A stretch of DNA of 64,000 bases from positions 320,001 through 384,000 of the forward strand of contig CAWCRS010000002.1 in assembly GCA_963798085.1 (NCBI GenBank), read 5' to 3'. The stretch comes from an uncultured Gemmatimonadales bacterium. GTDB taxonomy: Bacteria; Gemmatimonadota; Gemmatimonadetes; Longimicrobiales; RSA9. Shown one piece after another: positions 63,295 through 64,000 of the stretch; positions within the stretch are counted from its first letter, which is position 1; every line of letters starts with the position of its first letter. Under the pieces are notes generated by a model. It ran no database searches and had not been told where the DNA came from. It saw nothing but the letters and a program-made list of their open reading frames with translations. Position numbers and translations under genes: made by a program.

Positions 63295-64000
63295 CGTGCA
63301 CCGGCTTTCAGATAACGTCTCGGTTGTTCACGACGTGCCGGAGCCGACCGCCGACGCGACGACGCAGGCATGCCCGCGCCCTTCCCATGCTGCCCGCCTC
63401 GGGCAACTGCGCGGCGAGCGGCCGACGGGCCGCGCGGGGCAATTTTGTGTTAGATCGCGTGCTGCGCCCCCGTTGCGTCGCCGCTGCACCCTTGTCAATC
63501 GACGTGACTGCCTCGCTTCTGCCGTGCATGTCAGTCAGGCGGTGAGTCGACCGCGTTGCGGGCAATGGGCCAGCGGCGCGATGTCGCGACGACTGCGAGT
63601 TGCGCCGACAGCTTCGGCCAACCGGTGTCTTGACCGGCCGGAATGCCTACACGGTAAGGGCCGTTCCCTGACAGTCACGGCGACCCCGCGGGTGATCTTG
63701 GAAACGGCTCCATGAACCTCGAGGAGGGCGTGAGGACCACTACCGAGCGTGGATCGGACGTCGGCCGGCCCGTTGGTGGAACGGATACAGCGGCATGCCC
63801 GCGAAGACGCTCCTGCTTGCCTGTGGCATTCTCCTGCCCGGCGTTCTGCCGCTCGAGCGACGTCCTCGCGTCTGAACGATATGCCGGCCAGTGCTACATC
63901 AGGCAATGAGCCAGTTCGTCGCACTCGAGCGCCAACCCGAGCCCCGCGTCGCGTTGGCGGGCAGTGGCGGGCGTGCGGCGTATGAACCTGGATTGATGGC

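Noticed and set aside
63310..63455. Possible complete attC site (ATCTAAC...GTTATCT, 146 bp, minus strand)
   Set aside because: The inner L boxes and stem pair poorly; better read as two unrelated arms.

Overview
High-GC accessory region from a bacterium with Gemmatimonadota/Acidobacteriota-like gene content (inference from three PadR + duplicated-permease pairs). The first 20 kb holds three PadR-ADOP pairs, an ECF41-type sigma factor with its consensus promoter, and two ankyrin-repeat genes. The rest is a patchwork of mostly minus-strand, functionally unrelated single genes (GNAT, VOC, DinB, methyltransferases, SRPBCC, TIR, deaminase-like, prs paralog), many interrupted by frameshifts. No rRNA, tRNA, CRISPR array, integrase or transposase was seen. 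Three signals stand out. (1) An ~80-nt structured leader with covarying stems occurs three times, each time just 5' of an ankyrin gene carrying the same N-terminal 'LPxRPxL..A(K/R)...AQxx(I/V)ARxHGFxSW' domain; this is a candidate undescribed RNA-protein regulatory module. (2) A recurrent YTAAC-N6-TT motif, resembling one arm of an integron attC/attI site, sits at many gene boundaries. (3) An internally deleted, ORF-less group II intron retains both ends. All family assignments are by motif recognition only; no searches were run.
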